In this document: in pieces, positions 45,052-54,395 of the stretch | How positions within the stretch are numbered: position 1 is the first letter of the stretch | Layout: the number at the start of each line of letters is the position of its first letter | Assembly: GCA_036787045.1 (NCBI GenBank) | Contig: DAIQQA010000001.1 | Coordinates: forward strand, 40,167-104,166 | Reading direction: 5' to 3' | Origin: Burkholderiales bacterium | Lineage (GTDB): Bacteria > Pseudomonadota > Gammaproteobacteria > Burkholderiales > SHXO01 | Length of the DNA: 64,000 bases | Program-made: the position numbers and the translations under genes | Notes under the pieces: generated by a model | Told to the model about the DNA's origin: nothing | The model's input: only the letters and a program-made list of their open reading frames with translations | The model's database searches: none

Positions 45052-45546
45052 TCACAGGCGCGCCTTGGGTGGTGGCGCCAGCACTTCGTCGAGAACCTCG
45101 CGCACGAACGCACCGACTCGCGGCTCCTTGGACGCGCGCGGCCCCGCAACGTTGAGCACATGCGGGCGGTGCGCGTCCAGGAATGCGCGCAGCAGGCTGG
45201 GCGCATCCACGTGGGGATGCAAGTGCAGGCAAGGCTTGCGCCGGCGCCTGGCGCACTCACGCGTCTCACGCGACCCCCCGGACAGGCGCTTGGAGAGCGA
45301 AAAGATCACAGTGGCGTCGCTGTCGCGCACGTTCCAGTCTGTCCGCTGACGGTACTCGGCCGACGGTGTTTCGGTGAGCGGATAGCGCGGATCCAGCGGA
45401 CCGTGCTCGGCCCGCCGACCGCGCGGGCACCAACCGCCGCAGCGGAGGCCGTGATCGAGCGCCCAGTCCAGGGCGCAGCGGTCCACACCGGTCTGTCCGC
45501 CGGAAACAAGCTTGAGCGCCTGCCAGCGAGCGCGGCTTTCAGTCAT
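45052..45546 (-). CDS. YpsA/'putative molybdenum carrier' SLOG-family protein
   Basis: LKLVSGGQTGVDRCALDWALDHGLRCGGWCPRGRRAE is the hallmark N-terminus of that family. The internal ATG 45546 was chosen. Confidence 0.65.
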   Translation of the reverse strand: MTESRARWQALKLVSGGQTGVDRCALDWALDHGLRCGGWCPRGRRAEHGPLDPRYPLTETPSAEYRQRTDWNVRDSDATVIFSLSKRLSGGSRETRECARRRRKPCLHLHPHVDAPSLLRAFLDAHRPHVLNVAGPRASKEPRVGAFVREVLDEVLAPPPKARL

Positions 45547-45727
45547 CGTGGTCCATCGGGTTTCGCGAGAAAGCGGCATCAGCTTCGCACCAACTCGTGT
45601 GAACACCACCGCTCGGAGCACTTTCAGACGTTGGCGCGAGCCGGCTCCACATGGCGGGATAGCCGCAGTAGTATTGTGCACGGCGGGAGATTGCAGCCCC
45701 AGACCCATGGATATCCCACATCACAAA

Positions 45728-46435
45728 ATGAGGAGACTGACAGTGAACATCACTCTGACGTGTACGCGGGCATCCGCGCTGGCCCTCGCCCTTACTCATC
45801 TGCCCCTTGCCGTATCGCCCGCAAATGCAGCAAGCGCGCAGGAAGAGCACGTCATCATGGCTGAGGCGACGCTGGCCAATTTCCTGCGCGACCCGAACAT
45901 GTCCTGGCTTCAGGAGAACCTCCACCGTGTGCATGGCCTCATCATCGTGCCCAAAGTCGTGAAGGCAGGGTTCATCTTCGGCGGTTCGGGCGGGCGTGCC
46001 GTCTACGTCGCGCGCGACGCCAAGGCGGGCAAATGGGTCGGACCTGCCTTCTACAATGTATCGACCGCGAGCGTGGGCTTCCAGATCGGGGTGGAAGTGG
46101 CCGAGGTGGTGGTCATGGTGATGTCCGAGAAGGGAGCCAACTCCCTGCTCGCAACCAGTTTCAAGATGGGCGGGGACGCGAGCGTTGCCGCCGGCCCCGT
46201 CGGGGCGGGAACCAAGGCGAGCGTCGAGGAGGACTTCATTTCCTTCAGCCGCTCGAAAGGCCTCTACGGCGGTCTCAATTTCGAGGGTAGTGTGGTGAAG
46301 ACGGCGGATGACTGGAACCGGGGCTACTACGGCAAGCCGGTGCTCCCACCCGACATTCTGCTCACGCAGTCGGTACATAATCGGCAGGCCGACGACCTGT
46401 TGAAGATGGTGGCAGGGGCTGCGCAACCGAGGTAG
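45728..46435 (+). CDS. SYLF (Ysc84/DUF500) lipid-binding domain protein, secreted
   Basis: Signal-like N-terminus. The pattern GLIIVP.VVKAGFIFGGSGGRAV...W..PAFY......S.GFQIG......V.V is typical of SYLF. An alternative GTG start is at 45743. Confidence 0.8.
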   Translation: MRRLTVNITLTCTRASALALALTHLPLAVSPANAASAQEEHVIMAEATLANFLRDPNMSWLQENLHRVHGLIIVPKVVKAGFIFGGSGGRAVYVARDAKAGKWVGPAFYNVSTASVGFQIGVEVAEVVVMVMSEKGANSLLATSFKMGGDASVAAGPVGAGTKASVEEDFISFSRSKGLYGGLNFEGSVVKTADDWNRGYYGKPVLPPDILLTQSVHNRQADDLLKMVAGAAQPR

Positions 46436-46493
46436 CGCCAAGAAGCGATTCTCGTCGCCGACCTCGATGGGGCGTGCTGCCAGGGTGGCTGCG

Positions 46494-48254
46494 TCATCCC
46501 GGTGACGAAGCGCTGCGCCTGGTCTCCAACTCGCCGAGCTCCAGTTCGCGCTGCTGGCTGACCACAGCATTCACCGCCTCCGCTGGCGTACCCACGCCTT
46601 CCAGCACACGCGCTGCAAGCTGGAGGCTGGACTCGACGGTCTCCGGCACAACACCGGTAGCGCCGGCCTGCAGCAACGTTTTCGCGTGGACTGCATCCCG
46701 CGCCCGCGCGAAGACCGGCAGCCAGGGCCATTGCCTGCGCACTGCCTCCACCGTGTGCGAGGCAGCCAGCGGGCTGTCCATGGTGATGACCAGGGCCTGT
46801 GCAGACTCGACGTGAGCGCGGCGCAGGATGTCGGCACGGCTGGCGTCGCCGTAGAACACCGGCAGCCCCGCGGCACGCTGTGCACCGACCGCCGGACCGT
46901 CGAGATCCAGCGCAACGTAGGGCAGGTTCTGAGCGTCGAAGATGCGCCCGAGCATCTGCCCCACACGTCCGAACCCGGCGATGATCACGTGCCCCTCGAG
47001 GCCTTCGATCTCTGGGCTCCCGCCGGCTCCGCCGACGTGCGTGCGCTGCTCGATGAAGCCGGCGAGTCGACGTGCCAGATGCGCCACCCCGGGCGTGATC
47101 GCCATCGTCAGGCCGGCGACAATGAGCATGAACTGCGCGGCATCCTCGGCCACCAGCCCGCGCATCGTGGCGATCCCCACCACCACGAACGCGAACTCGC
47201 CGGCCTGGCCGAGGAGCAGACCGGCCTCTGCGGCGGTATGCCGGGGAACCCCGAACGCGAGACACAGGCCGGTGGTGATAACTGACTTGGTCAGGAACAG
47301 ACCGATCACCGAAGCCGCCAGCCAGAGCGGCTCCTGTGCCACCGCCCGGAAGTCGATCGCCATCCCCACCGACATGAAGAACAGGCCGAGCAGGAGACCC
47401 TTGAACGGCTCGATATCGACTTCGATCTCGTGACGGAACTCCGTTTCGGCCAACAGCAACCCAGCGAGGAACGCGCCCAGCGCCATGGAAAGGCCCACGG
47501 CCCCCGTCACTGCAGCAGTCCCGATGATAGTGAGCAGCGTCGCAGCGACGAACAGCTCCGGGCTGCGCGCGGCGGTCACCAGCCGGAACAGCGGCCGCAG
47601 CACCAACCGTCCGATCATCAGGATCAGCACGATCGCGCCCAGCGCCTTGCCGACGGAGACCAGCAGCGCGACGCCGACGTCGCCGTCAAGGCGGGCGCCC
47701 AGCATGCCGAGCAGGAACAGGATCGGCACCACGGCCAGATCCTGCAGAAGCAGTACGGCGAAGCTCGTGCGGCCCAGTGTCGTTGCGACCTGGCGCCGCT
47801 CGGTCAGGAGCTGCATGACGATGGCAGTCGAGGACAGCGCCAGGCACGAGCCGAAGATGATCGAGGCCTGTGGGCTATTGCCGAATCCCCAGGCAATTGC
47901 CCCGATCACGGCCGCAGTGATCACGACCTGCAACGTCCCCAGGCCGAACACCAGCCGCCGTAGCGCCCACAACCGCTCCACGGAAAGCTCCAGCCCGATC
48001 ATGAACAGCAGAAAGATCACCCCGAGAGACGCCAGGCCCCTGACGCCGTCGATGTCGTCGATGACGGCGTAGCGCAGAAGACCGATGTCCTGTGCGAACA
48101 GCCCCAGGCCGTACGGACCCAGCATCGCCCCCGCGCCCAGAAAACCGAGCACCGGACTGACACGCAGGCGGTGGAACAGCGGCACGATCACGCCGGCGGC
48201 GATCAGGAACACCACGATCTCGCGCAGATAAGGGACGTGCTCGTGAGCTTCCAT
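46494..48254 (-). CDS. CPA2-family monovalent cation:proton antiporter with KTN/TrkA-N domain (second Kef-like paralogue)
   Basis: SPVLGFLGAGAMLGPYGLG, GRTSFAVLLLQD and IIAGFGRVGQ. The start is at MEAHEHVPYL (48254). Confidence 0.85.
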   Translation of the reverse strand: MEAHEHVPYLREIVVFLIAAGVIVPLFHRLRVSPVLGFLGAGAMLGPYGLGLFAQDIGLLRYAVIDDIDGVRGLASLGVIFLLFMIGLELSVERLWALRRLVFGLGTLQVVITAAVIGAIAWGFGNSPQASIIFGSCLALSSTAIVMQLLTERRQVATTLGRTSFAVLLLQDLAVVPILFLLGMLGARLDGDVGVALLVSVGKALGAIVLILMIGRLVLRPLFRLVTAARSPELFVAATLLTIIGTAAVTGAVGLSMALGAFLAGLLLAETEFRHEIEVDIEPFKGLLLGLFFMSVGMAIDFRAVAQEPLWLAASVIGLFLTKSVITTGLCLAFGVPRHTAAEAGLLLGQAGEFAFVVVGIATMRGLVAEDAAQFMLIVAGLTMAITPGVAHLARRLAGFIEQRTHVGGAGGSPEIEGLEGHVIIAGFGRVGQMLGRIFDAQNLPYVALDLDGPAVGAQRAAGLPVFYGDASRADILRRAHVESAQALVITMDSPLAASHTVEAVRRQWPWLPVFARARDAVHAKTLLQAGATGVVPETVESSLQLAARVLEGVGTPAEAVNAVVSQQRELELGELETRRSASSPG

Positions 48255-48374
48255 CCCGGGATAATAGCAAGCGCGTGCTCGACCCAGGTTCGCGGCTGTG
48301 CGCGCGAACGACACGTCTGTGCCGTTCTGCTATAGTCGCCCGCCCCTCCGCCGGCCACGCGCCGGCAGCCTCGC

Positions 48375-49814
48375 ATGGACCAAGCCGCCGCAGCCGCACA
48401 GCCCTTGCCTCGCCCGTTGCCGGCGCTGCGCCATGACGCGGACGGACGCCGCCGCGTGGACTACCGGGCCATGGTCGCTCTGGCCGCACCGTTGTTCCTG
48501 AACAGCAGCCTGCAAGCGATCCTCAACCTCACCGACACCTGGTTTCTCGGCCGCATTTCCACTCACGCGACCGCGGGGGTGGGGGCGGTGTACTGGTTCG
48601 TCATCGTCTTCGTGCTGATCTTCGGCGGCGTGGCCATGGCGGTGCAGACGCTGGTGGCGCAGGCGTACGGTGCGGGCGAACGGGAATCCGCCGCGCGCAT
48701 CACCTGGAGCGGCCTGTGGGTGGTGGCTCTCATGGCGCCGCTGTTCATCGCTGTGGCGCTGGCAGGCGGCCCGATGCTCGCACCGTTCGGGCTGGCGCCG
48801 CAGGTGCACACGCTCGCGATGGAGTTCTGGGGCCCGCGCATGGGCGGGGCGGTAGCCGGTGTGGCACTGTGGACCGTATCGAGCTTCTTCAACGGCATCG
48901 GACGCACCAGCGTGACGCTGGTCATGATGATCTGCGTCGCGGTCGCCAACGCGGTGCTCAACCAGATCTTCATCTTCGAGCTGGGCCTGGGCATAGCAGG
49001 CGTGGCCTGGGCCACCACCGCGGCCCAGGCGATCGGATTCGCCCTCGGACTGGCGGTGTTCCTGAGCCGCTCGGTGCGTGGGGAGTATCGGTCGCAGCAT
49101 TGCTGGCACCCGCGCCGCAGGGCGATGGTCAGAGCGCTCACGCTGGGCGTGCCCATGGGACTGCTGCCGGCAGCCGATCTTCTGGGGCTCGCGCTGTTCC
49201 AGCTGATGCAGGCGGGGCTCGGCACGGTCGCAGGTGCGGCGACGCAGATCGTGATGATGATGACCTCGCTCGCCTACATGCCGGCGGTGGGCATCGCCAT
49301 AGCCGGGACCACGCTGGTGGGACAGTCCATCGGCGCCGGCGATCGCGACTGGGCGCATAAGATGGGCAACTCAGCGATCAAGCTCAACGTCGCCTACATG
49401 GGACTGGTGAGCCTGGTGCTGGCACTCGCCGGCCCGTGGCTGCTGCCGCTTTTCGTCACGCCCACCGACCCCAACGCCGGCGCCGTGGTGGGGACCGCGG
49501 CGATGCTGCTGTGGATCGGCGCGGCGTATCAGGTCTTCGACGGCGTCAACCTCAGCGCCGGGTTCGCCCTGCGCGGCGCCGGCGACGTGCGCGTGCCCAC
49601 GCTGCTCGTCGTGCTGGTGTCGTGGCTCGGCTTCGTCCCGCTTACCCACATGCTGAGCTTCGCGCCGGGACAAGGCTGGGTGCACTTCCTGCCGCAGTTC
49701 GGCCTGGGCACCGTAGGCGGGTGGAGCGCGCTTCTGTTCTACACAGCCGCGCTCGGCGCGGTGATGTGGCTGCGGTGGCAGTCGGGTGCCTGGCGGAAGA
49801 TCAGGTTGCGCTAG
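48375..49814 (+). CDS. MATE-family multidrug/toxic compound efflux transporter
   Basis: 12-TM layout, with an N-terminus ...LAAPLFLNSSLQAILNLTDTWFLGR typical of MATE/NorM-like proteins. Confidence 0.88.
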   Translation: MDQAAAAAQPLPRPLPALRHDADGRRRVDYRAMVALAAPLFLNSSLQAILNLTDTWFLGRISTHATAGVGAVYWFVIVFVLIFGGVAMAVQTLVAQAYGAGERESAARITWSGLWVVALMAPLFIAVALAGGPMLAPFGLAPQVHTLAMEFWGPRMGGAVAGVALWTVSSFFNGIGRTSVTLVMMICVAVANAVLNQIFIFELGLGIAGVAWATTAAQAIGFALGLAVFLSRSVRGEYRSQHCWHPRRRAMVRALTLGVPMGLLPAADLLGLALFQLMQAGLGTVAGAATQIVMMMTSLAYMPAVGIAIAGTTLVGQSIGAGDRDWAHKMGNSAIKLNVAYMGLVSLVLALAGPWLLPLFVTPTDPNAGAVVGTAAMLLWIGAAYQVFDGVNLSAGFALRGAGDVRVPTLLVVLVSWLGFVPLTHMLSFAPGQGWVHFLPQFGLGTVGGWSALLFYTAALGAVMWLRWQSGAWRKIRLR

Positions 49815-49836
49815 CGCTGCTACCCCCTAGCCCCAA

Positions 49837-50014
49837 CACACAGACGCAGAGAACGCAGAGGAAAACGAGGGCGAGAGGGATTCCAGGGTCACGCGGAGCA
49901 GTGAGCTTTGCTGACCGGGTGCGCGACGGACTGAGATCGCCCTCGAGGATCCGGCTCAGCGACGTCGCACTCCTGGAGGTTTTCTCCGCGTCTTCTGCGT
50001 CTCCGCGCTGGGTG
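49837..50014. repeat. MITE/REP-like inverted-repeat element (ACGCAGAGRA-type arms)
   Basis: The left arm is 49837-49867 (cacacagacgcagagaacgcagaggaaaacg). The reverse complement of the right arm (49978-50014) is cacccagcgcggagacgcagaagacgcggagaaaacc. Confidence 0.85.
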
Positions 50015-50044
50015 TAGAGTCCGCGCCATGCCCGGGGTATAGTC

Positions 50045-50848
50045 TTGGGGTCGACATCACGCGAGGTCCTCGTGCGCCGTGTCCTGCTCTCGCTGGCTGT
50101 GCTCCTGCCTGTTCTGTGGCAGAGCCTGGGCTGGGCGCAGCAAGTCGAGCGTGAACCGGTACTGCTCGTGGCCACGCCCGACCTCCTCGACCCCAATTTC
50201 GCGCAGACCGTGGTACTGGTGCTGTTTCCCATCGGCGGTGGGCCGTTGGGGGTGATCCTGAACCGCCCGACTCCGCTCACCCTCAAGGAGGTGTTTCCGG
50301 ACCAGCCGCGGCTGCGGGAACGCAGTGAGGCGCTGTATTTCGGCGGGCCGGTGCGAACCACCGGGCTGATGTTCCTGTTCCGCGGCAGCGCTTCTGCGGA
50401 AGGCGTATTCCCCGTCTTCGACGACCTCTTCCTGAGCAACAACGGCGAGGTGCTGGACAGCTTGCTCGACTCGCCGCAGGACGGCGTGCAGCGATACTTC
50501 CTCGGTTACGCCGGCTGGGCGCCCGTGCAGCTCGAAGGCGAGATCGCACGCGGCGGCTGGTATGTCCTGCCTGCCGATAGCGACACCGTCCTGAACATGG
50601 ACCCCAAAGTCATGTGGCGGGAGCTGCTTTCGCGTGCGACGGCGATAAAGACCTGGCTGGACGTAGGACCTAGAGGAAAAGCGGCGTACTGCGCTTTTCG
50701 CTACCTCATACGTCCCACGTCCTACAATCGCCGGTGGCCTCAGACCACCGCCGGGAACTCCACCGGCGCGGCCCACCCCTTGAGCGCGAGCAGCCCGCGC
50801 CGCCACAGCTCCACGAACGCGTCCGGCGGCAACGGCGGACTGAAGTAG
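50045..50848 (+). CDS. YqgE/AlgH-family (UPF0301) protein with N-terminal signal-like segment and a non-homologous 3' read-through tail
   Basis: LLVATPDLLDPNFAQTVVLV..., GVILNRP and YFLGYAGWAPVQLEGEI..GGWYVLPA. Homology ends near 50655, and the ORF then crosses a hairpin and overlaps the convergent gene by 109 nt. Confidence 0.7.
   Translation: MGSTSREVLVRRVLLSLAVLLPVLWQSLGWAQQVEREPVLLVATPDLLDPNFAQTVVLVLFPIGGGPLGVILNRPTPLTLKEVFPDQPRLRERSEALYFGGPVRTTGLMFLFRGSASAEGVFPVFDDLFLSNNGEVLDSLLDSPQDGVQRYFLGYAGWAPVQLEGEIARGGWYVLPADSDTVLNMDPKVMWRELLSRATAIKTWLDVGPRGKAAYCAFRYLIRPTSYNRRWPQTTAGNSTGAAHPLSASSPRRHSSTNASGGNGGLK
50676..50699. terminator. Hairpin GAAAAGCG-N8-CGCTTTTC between convergent genes (candidate bidirectional terminator)
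   Basis: A perfect 8-bp stem. On the minus strand it is followed by TTTTCCTCT, 41 nt after the GGDEF-EAL gene stop. Confidence 0.4.
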
Positions 50849-53580
50849 TAGCCCTGCGCCTCGTCGCAGCCGTGACGGCGCAGGAACTCGAGCTGCTCGT
50901 CGGTTTCCACCCCTTCGGCCGTCACCACCAGGCCTAGGATCTGGCCCAGCCGGATCACCGCCTGCGCAATTGCGGCGTCGCCCGGGTCGGTCACGATGTC
51001 GCGCACGAAGGACTTGTCGATCTTGAGGCGATCGACCGGGAAGCGCTTGAGATAGCTCAGGCTGGAGTATCCTGTGCCGAAGTCGTCGACCGAGAGCTGC
51101 ACACCCAGCGCCTTGAGTGCGTTGAGCCGTGAGACGTCCTCTTCCGCGTCCGCCATCATCATGCTCTCGGTGAGCTCCAGCTCCAGGCATGCCGGCGGCA
51201 GGCCGGTGGCGCTCATGATGTCGGCTATGCGCTGCACCAGATCGTGCTGGTGGAACTGGCGCGCCGAGATGTTCACCGAGATCAGCTTGAGCTCGAGGCC
51301 GGCGTCGAGCCAGGCGCGCGCCTGCACGCATGCCTGGCGCAGGATCCACTCGCCCAGCGGCAGGATGAGTCCGGTTTCCTCGGCAAGCGGGATGAAGCGC
51401 ACCGGCGAGAGCATGCCCTGCTCCGGGTGCGCCCAACGCACCAGGGCTTCGGCGCCGATCAACATGCCGCTGCGCAGTGCGACCTTGGGCTGGTAGTGGA
51501 GCTGGAACTCGTTGGCCTGGATGGCCCGGCGCAGGTCGCGCTCGAGCGAGAGCCGCTCGCTCAGAGCGGCGTTGATCTCCGCAGTGAAGAAATGGAAGCC
51601 GTTGCGGCCCATGGCCTTGGCCCGGTACATGGCAGCGTCGGCATGCTTGAGCATGGTCTCGACATCGTCGCCATCTTGCGGGAACAGGCTCACGCCGATG
51701 CTGCAGGTCGTGGCAAACTCCTTGCCGAGCACCGGGTAGGGCTGCGCCATGATGCTGAGAACCCGCTCCACTGCATGGCTCACCGCCTGCGCGTCTGGTT
51801 GCTCGGCCAGCAGCAGCACGAACTCGTCGCCACCCAGCCGCGCTACCGTGTCCCCTTCGCGCACGCACCCGCGCAGCCGCTCGGCGGCTTGCTTGAGCAG
51901 AGCATCGCCCGCGGTGTGGCCGAGCGTGTCGTTGACGAACTTGAACTGGTCCAGATCCAGGAACACAACCGCCAGCACGCCGCCCTGACGCTTGACGTGT
52001 GCCATCGCCTGCAGCACGCGCTCGTTGAGCAGGTGCCGGTTGGCCAGCCCGGTCAAGGTGTCGTGAGTGGCCTGGTGCTCCAGCCGCTCGCGATACGTCT
52101 TGATCTCGGTGATGTCGGAGACGAATCCCTCCAGGCCGAGAAGCTCGCCGTCGGGCGAATACGTCCCCAGCCCCTTCTCCTGGACCCACTTCTCGCGGCC
52201 GTCGCGTGTGCGGATGCGGTACTCCAGCGCGAAGCGGCCGCCCGTGCGCAGGGCGCGGTGGATCTCGTCGCGCACACGTGCCCTGTCCTCAGCATGGGTG
52301 ATGCCCTCGAAGGTGACGGTACGCGAGAGCATCAGCTCCTCCGGGCGGTATCCCGTGAGCTCCAGGCAACCCTCGCTGACGAACTCCAGCGTCCAGTCTG
52401 CATCGTCACGGCAGCGGTACACCATGCCGGGAAGGTTGCTCAGCAGAATTTCCATCTGGCGCTGCTTGTCCCGCAGCGCGGCCTCGGAAGCGAAGCGCTC
52501 CAGCGCGACCGAGATCTCGCTCGCCATCCGGCTGAGCAGCTCGGTGAGCTGGCCGTCGAAGAAGCCGGTCTCGTTGGCGTAGTGCATGATGGCGCCGACC
52601 GGCCTGCCGCTCTGCCGCAGCGGGAACACGGCCACCGAGCGAAAGCCGAACCCCTGCGCCACACTGCGCCAGGGCATCGTCCGCGGATCGGCGTCCAGGT
52701 CGTTGCACACGTAGATGCGGTCCTCCCGGAGCGCCACCGCGATCGGGCCGTTGCCGGCGGGCCGCTGCGGGTCCAGCGGCACCTCGATGCTGCGCGCGTA
52801 CTGCGCGCCTGCCCCGCTGGAGGCTGCCGGCACCAGATGTTCGCCACCAGCGTCGATCAGGCCGATCCAGGTAGCAGAGAGGTGCCCGAGCTCCGCGGCG
52901 ATGCTGCAGACCTCGGCAAACAGCGCGTCGCGGTCGCGCAGCCGTGCCACAGCTTGACTGGTCCGGCTGAGCGCCGAATACAAGTCCGTCAGCCGAAGGA
53001 TGTGGCGCTGCGCCTGCTTGCGCTCGGTGATATCGCGCACGAACACCTGGATCGAGATGCTTCCTTCGGCGACCAGGAGGGAGGCGCTGACTTCGAGCTC
53101 GACGGCGGTGCCGTCGAAGCGCAGCCAGCGCATCTCGGTGGGCGGGACGCTCTTGCCGCGGAGCAGGCGCTGCAAGCGTGCCTGCGCCAGCTCGCGGCAG
53201 TCGGGTGCTACCAGCTCGGCCGGCGCGAGGCCGACAATCCGCTCGGCGCGATCGGCACGCAACAGCTCCATAGCGGCACGGTTGGCATAGACGAGCTTTC
53301 CGCCCGAGTGCATCAGGATGGCGTCGGGTGACAGATCGACCAAGGCGCGGAAGCGGCGCTCGGCGCGCCCCGGGCGTGCACCGTTGCGCGGCCGGCGGCT
53401 GCGCCGGCCCAGGCCCAGCGCGGCAAGCCCCGCGCACAGCATCGGAGCTTCCGAGCCCTCGAGGCCGGCAGGCGTCGGGATTTCGCCCCTGAGCGCCCCC
53501 GCCCCTGCTGTGCACGCGAGCAGCAGAACCAGGGCCACGAGGTGCGCCCGCGACCGGGCACGTTGACGATTCAGGTTCAT
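50740..53580 (-). CDS. Multidomain c-di-GMP signalling protein: N-terminal TM/signal, PAS-GAF-PAS, GGDEF, EAL
   Basis: RLGGDEFVLLL (GGDEF), EALVRW and ELELTES, DDFGTGYSSLSYL and KIDKSFV (EAL). PAS-like blocks (ILMHSGGKLVYANRAA; YRCRDDADWTLEFVSEG) flank a GAF-like region. Confidence 0.9.
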   Translation of the reverse strand: MNLNRQRARSRAHLVALVLLLACTAGAGALRGEIPTPAGLEGSEAPMLCAGLAALGLGRRSRRPRNGARPGRAERRFRALVDLSPDAILMHSGGKLVYANRAAMELLRADRAERIVGLAPAELVAPDCRELAQARLQRLLRGKSVPPTEMRWLRFDGTAVELEVSASLLVAEGSISIQVFVRDITERKQAQRHILRLTDLYSALSRTSQAVARLRDRDALFAEVCSIAAELGHLSATWIGLIDAGGEHLVPAASSGAGAQYARSIEVPLDPQRPAGNGPIAVALREDRIYVCNDLDADPRTMPWRSVAQGFGFRSVAVFPLRQSGRPVGAIMHYANETGFFDGQLTELLSRMASEISVALERFASEAALRDKQRQMEILLSNLPGMVYRCRDDADWTLEFVSEGCLELTGYRPEELMLSRTVTFEGITHAEDRARVRDEIHRALRTGGRFALEYRIRTRDGREKWVQEKGLGTYSPDGELLGLEGFVSDITEIKTYRERLEHQATHDTLTGLANRHLLNERVLQAMAHVKRQGGVLAVVFLDLDQFKFVNDTLGHTAGDALLKQAAERLRGCVREGDTVARLGGDEFVLLLAEQPDAQAVSHAVERVLSIMAQPYPVLGKEFATTCSIGVSLFPQDGDDVETMLKHADAAMYRAKAMGRNGFHFFTAEINAALSERLSLERDLRRAIQANEFQLHYQPKVALRSGMLIGAEALVRWAHPEQGMLSPVRFIPLAEETGLILPLGEWILRQACVQARAWLDAGLELKLISVNISARQFHQHDLVQRIADIMSATGLPPACLELELTESMMMADAEEDVSRLNALKALGVQLSVDDFGTGYSSLSYLKRFPVDRLKIDKSFVRDIVTDPGDAAIAQAVIRLGQILGLVVTAEGVETDEQLEFLRRHGCDEAQGYYFSPPLPPDAFVELWRRGLLALKGWAAPVEFPAVV

Positions 53581-53759
53581 CCCAGCAGACTCGCGTTCGG
53601 GTCAGGGCCCGCGCGGACGTATAATCTGAACGAGAAGCGCACATTCGTCCTGCGCGCGGAGTTTGGACAGCCCGAGTCGGGCTGCCGGGCATGAACCAAG
53701 GAGTGGTGCGGTGCTTCCGGTCGCCTGCCCGGTCTTCAGACATGGTTTTCGCAACAACC

Positions 53760-54251
53760 ATGCCACGAGATATTAACGGTCCTGCCGCCTTGTCCTTGAG
53801 TCGCTGCCTGAAGGTCCTCGCGGGGCCCGGTCCGTGGCGCTGCCTCGCCGCGCCTTTGCTGCTGGCCGGAGCGCTGGCGAGCGCCCGTGCAGAGGTCAGT
53901 TGCCCGGACCAGCTCAGCGTGCAGCAGCGCGCAGAGGTGCCCTCGGGCTGGTCGGTAAGCTACAGCGATACGCCACCGCGCTTGTCGGGCGTCACCCTGT
54001 TCGACGGGCCGCCGTCCAACCGCGTCAGCCTCAAGTACGACCGTCGCCGCCAGACCGGGAAGGAGCTGATCCTGTCCTGGCTCCTGCGCGACAGCCCGCG
54101 CAGCCACTATCTGCTGTGCAGCTACGAGCGAACCACGGCCCAGATCAACACCGCGCTGCCACCCGGCACGGGCCGCTGCGACGTGGTGTTCGACCGGACC
54201 ACCACCTACCCGGGCGGCGGGCTGCCGGTGAAGCGGATGGTTTGCCAGTAG
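53760..54251 (+). CDS. Secreted Cys-containing hypothetical protein, possibly STY0301-family
   Basis: Signal peptide ...LLLAGALASARA-EV. The pattern CP......Q.......GW........L.....FDGPP.....L..D...........W.......YLLC.Y..T......LP.....C.V matches that family as I recall it. Confidence 0.5.
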   Translation: MPRDINGPAALSLSRCLKVLAGPGPWRCLAAPLLLAGALASARAEVSCPDQLSVQQRAEVPSGWSVSYSDTPPRLSGVTLFDGPPSNRVSLKYDRRRQTGKELILSWLLRDSPRSHYLLCSYERTTAQINTALPPGTGRCDVVFDRTTTYPGGGLPVKRMVCQ

Positions 54252-54331
54252 CCCATACGGCGGGCGGACCCACGTGGGGTTTGCGACAGAGCAACTGAGC
54301 CGGCGCGCCGGCAGGTGGTCGGCAAGAAACC

Positions 54332-54370
54332 CCCTCTTCCCTCGCGGGAGAGGGCGGGAGTGAGGGGGGA
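54332..54370. repeat. REP-like hairpin CCCTCTTCCC-TCGC-GGGAGAGGG followed by CGGGAGTGAGGGGGG
   Basis: It has the same architecture as 14628-14662. Confidence 0.75.
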
Positions 54371-54395
54371 TTGTTACTTGGAAAAGGGAGTAACC

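Noticed and set aside
50057-53331. 710-aa (-) and 695-aa (+) ORFs overlapping the GGDEF-EAL gene
   Set aside because: Only the 50740-53580 minus frame contains PAS, GAF, GGDEF and EAL motifs. The others are alternative or antisense frames with Arg/Gly/Ala/Pro bias.
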